DNA of 64,000 bases from Setoptus koraiensis (Eukaryota > Animalia > Arthropoda): contig CM106586.1 in assembly GCA_048013815.1 (NCBI GenBank), forward strand, positions 16,802,001 through 16,866,000, given 5' to 3'. Shown here piece by piece: positions 62,039-64,000 of the stretch; the first letter of the stretch is position 1; the number at the start of each line of letters is the position of its first letter. Position numbers and translations under genes: made by a program. The notes beneath the pieces are model-generated. The model saw only the letters and a program-made list of their open reading frames with translations. It did no database searches and had not been told where the DNA came from.

Positions 62039-62129
62039 TATAAAAAACGAAATATAAAGTGCAAGTTACACAGTAGTGTCAGCAGACAGCCAGAGAGCGC
62101 GCCAGAAGTGTGGCGCCGAACAGGTAAAT
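62039..62129 (+). promoter_or_regulatory. Possible TATA promoter and short first exon of a downstream gene
   Basis: TATAAAA (62039) and TATAAAG (62053), each ~30 nt before a CAG(T/C) initiator-like motif, then CAG|GTAAAT at 62123/62124. Confidence 0.35.
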
Positions 62130-64000
62130 CTAATCCAATTCACTCTCACCTGTCTTGGCAAAGCGCGCAAATTTTACTTATTTTTACTTTATTCTTTCTC
62201 GCTCACTTCTTCTGGGCGCTTGAGTGACAGGCTGGCGCTGGCGGTGTTGCTGTTGCTGCTGTTGTTAACTTAGTTGTTGTTGTTGCTGGCGCAGTCACAC
62301 AAACATGCTAGTAAAAACACACATCATGCTCGCCAGCCAGTTGCACAACAGTTGCGCGTAACACGTGTAAAAGTTCTAGATTTTATTATTTGTTGGTCTG
62401 TCCAAATATATGTGTCTGTTTGTCTGTCTGTCAAACATACAATGAAGTTCAATTACTAAACTCGTACACGCGCACGAGCTGGTAACAAGCGGCCCACTAA
62501 AGAAGCCATTTATTTTCAGCCGGCAGCACCGGCGGCGGCTATTCTCGGCTGGTGGCGCCAGTGCATGGAATGATACACTCGAGAGCGCGCGCCATTCTTT
62601 GCGCCCCGATGTGTTGATCGAGCGCCTCGAACGCCTCGAACGCCTCGAACGCTTCGAACGCTTCGAACGGCGCGACCGCCGCGAACGCACCGAACGCACC
62701 GCCGAGTCGGGCCGACGAAGACCCACTGGGAAAGGGTTGTAGGCGCAAAAATGAACCGGGGTATCGCAACTGTGGCGCGATTGCGATAACAAATCGATCA
62801 TAGATTAGATGAGAACGGACAGTCGTGCCAAAACTACGCCGCCGTGTACAGGTACCGCGATTTTGACGGGTGCACGGCGCACGGTGGGCGGAATTGACTC
62901 GCAGTCGAAATGAATTGAATGACTGCAAGTTAACTAACTAAAACGCTGTCAAGCGTTGGGCCCTGGGCCCAATAATGGCATTAGCTGGTTGGCTCCATTG
63001 ACAACTATCCTCGAATTGAGTGGCACAAAAAGAAGAAAAAACGCCGAGCGGGCCTCAATCACCCGCTCGGCGGAGCCAGCCGCCACCGCCGCCGCTGCTG
63101 CCACTTCCACTGGGCGCTCCTATAAATATCTGGCGTAGCACTTTGTATATCCTTCCTCTGTGCGCGCGCCTCGTTCGCCTATGGGGCCCGCTTGTGGGGC
63201 CCGGCGTTATTTCAAATATAACCTGGCGCATTAGCGGCCCGTTGGAGAGCTTACACAGGTAAGCCTCTCAATGACAAGTTCCCACACACACGCACACACA
63301 CACACACACACACTCGTTTGCGAGCTAGCGGGCTGGCCGGTTCTTTTTGGGCGCCCATTGAGCGACCGAAAAGAAGCGGAGCGCCGATTTCCAACGAATT
63401 TCGGTCTACTTTTTGTGTGCGTCACCGCGATTCGATGGGTGTCATGTGATTAGTGTCTTGTGTTACAACTATTCCAACAATTTTCGCGGGAATTAAACAC
63501 ACCGGGCCAGCCAGCCAGCCAGCGATTAAGTTGGCTTACGCATCGCTGGCGAGCCGCTTCGTTCGAGCCGCCGACGACCATAGTTAGTTGGCCCGAAAAA
63601 GAGCCAACGAGCCTTTGTGAGCTTTGTGCGCGTTTTTTCATCACATCGCTCGCTCCCCACGTTTGCGCGATAGTTGAAAATCGCGAAATTTTCGGCACAA
63701 AATATAATTGCTAGCTAATAGAAAAGAGCGCCGAGCGAGAAAAATTGCGAGCCTCGCCAGCGTGCCACGAGGCACTCTCCCTGGAGACCTTTTTCGGGCC
63801 CGAGCGGCGCCCGCTTTTTCTGGCCGCTTTTTCCGGCCCGCTTTTTCTGGCTCAGTTTTTCGGGCCCAGTTTTTCGGGCGCACATTTTCGGGCGCACTGT
63901 TTCCAGGCGGGCGCGCAGTTATCCGCACCGGTCAAAACACGGGCGAGTCGCCAATTTCGGCGGGTCGATTTTTCAATCGGGCAATTTGGCCCGGCGCCCA

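Overview
Animal nuclear DNA, not prokaryotic. It has short GT-AG introns, TATA/TCAGTT core promoters and CAAAATG-type start contexts. The compact, microsatellite-rich style resembles an arthropod such as an eriophyoid mite, but the host is an inference. There are two compartments. Positions ~1-39.9 kb and ~55.9-64 kb are gene-poor and low-complexity, holding one intronless 1750-aa ORF. Positions ~40-55.8 kb form an AT-richer gene-dense island: an orphan secreted protein, a CUB-like protein, USP39, CDO1, a shortened neprilysin, SNAPIN and CYB5R4. The standout is 18.2-26.6 kb: two intact, intronless, tandem genes for a bacterial-type phenylalanine 2-monooxygenase proenzyme (proPAO; IaaM/tryptophan 2-monooxygenase family). 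Each has a eukaryotic promoter, start context and poly(A) signal, and each is followed by a decayed inverted copy. Copy A keeps the aromatic-substrate pocket. Copy B has an acidic residue where lysine oxidase/monooxygenases bind basic side chains. This looks like a domesticated, duplicated and diverging horizontal transfer that could let an animal make auxin precursors or consume plant amino acids; the function is inferred. No database searches were run, so family calls rest on motifs and recalled reference sequences.
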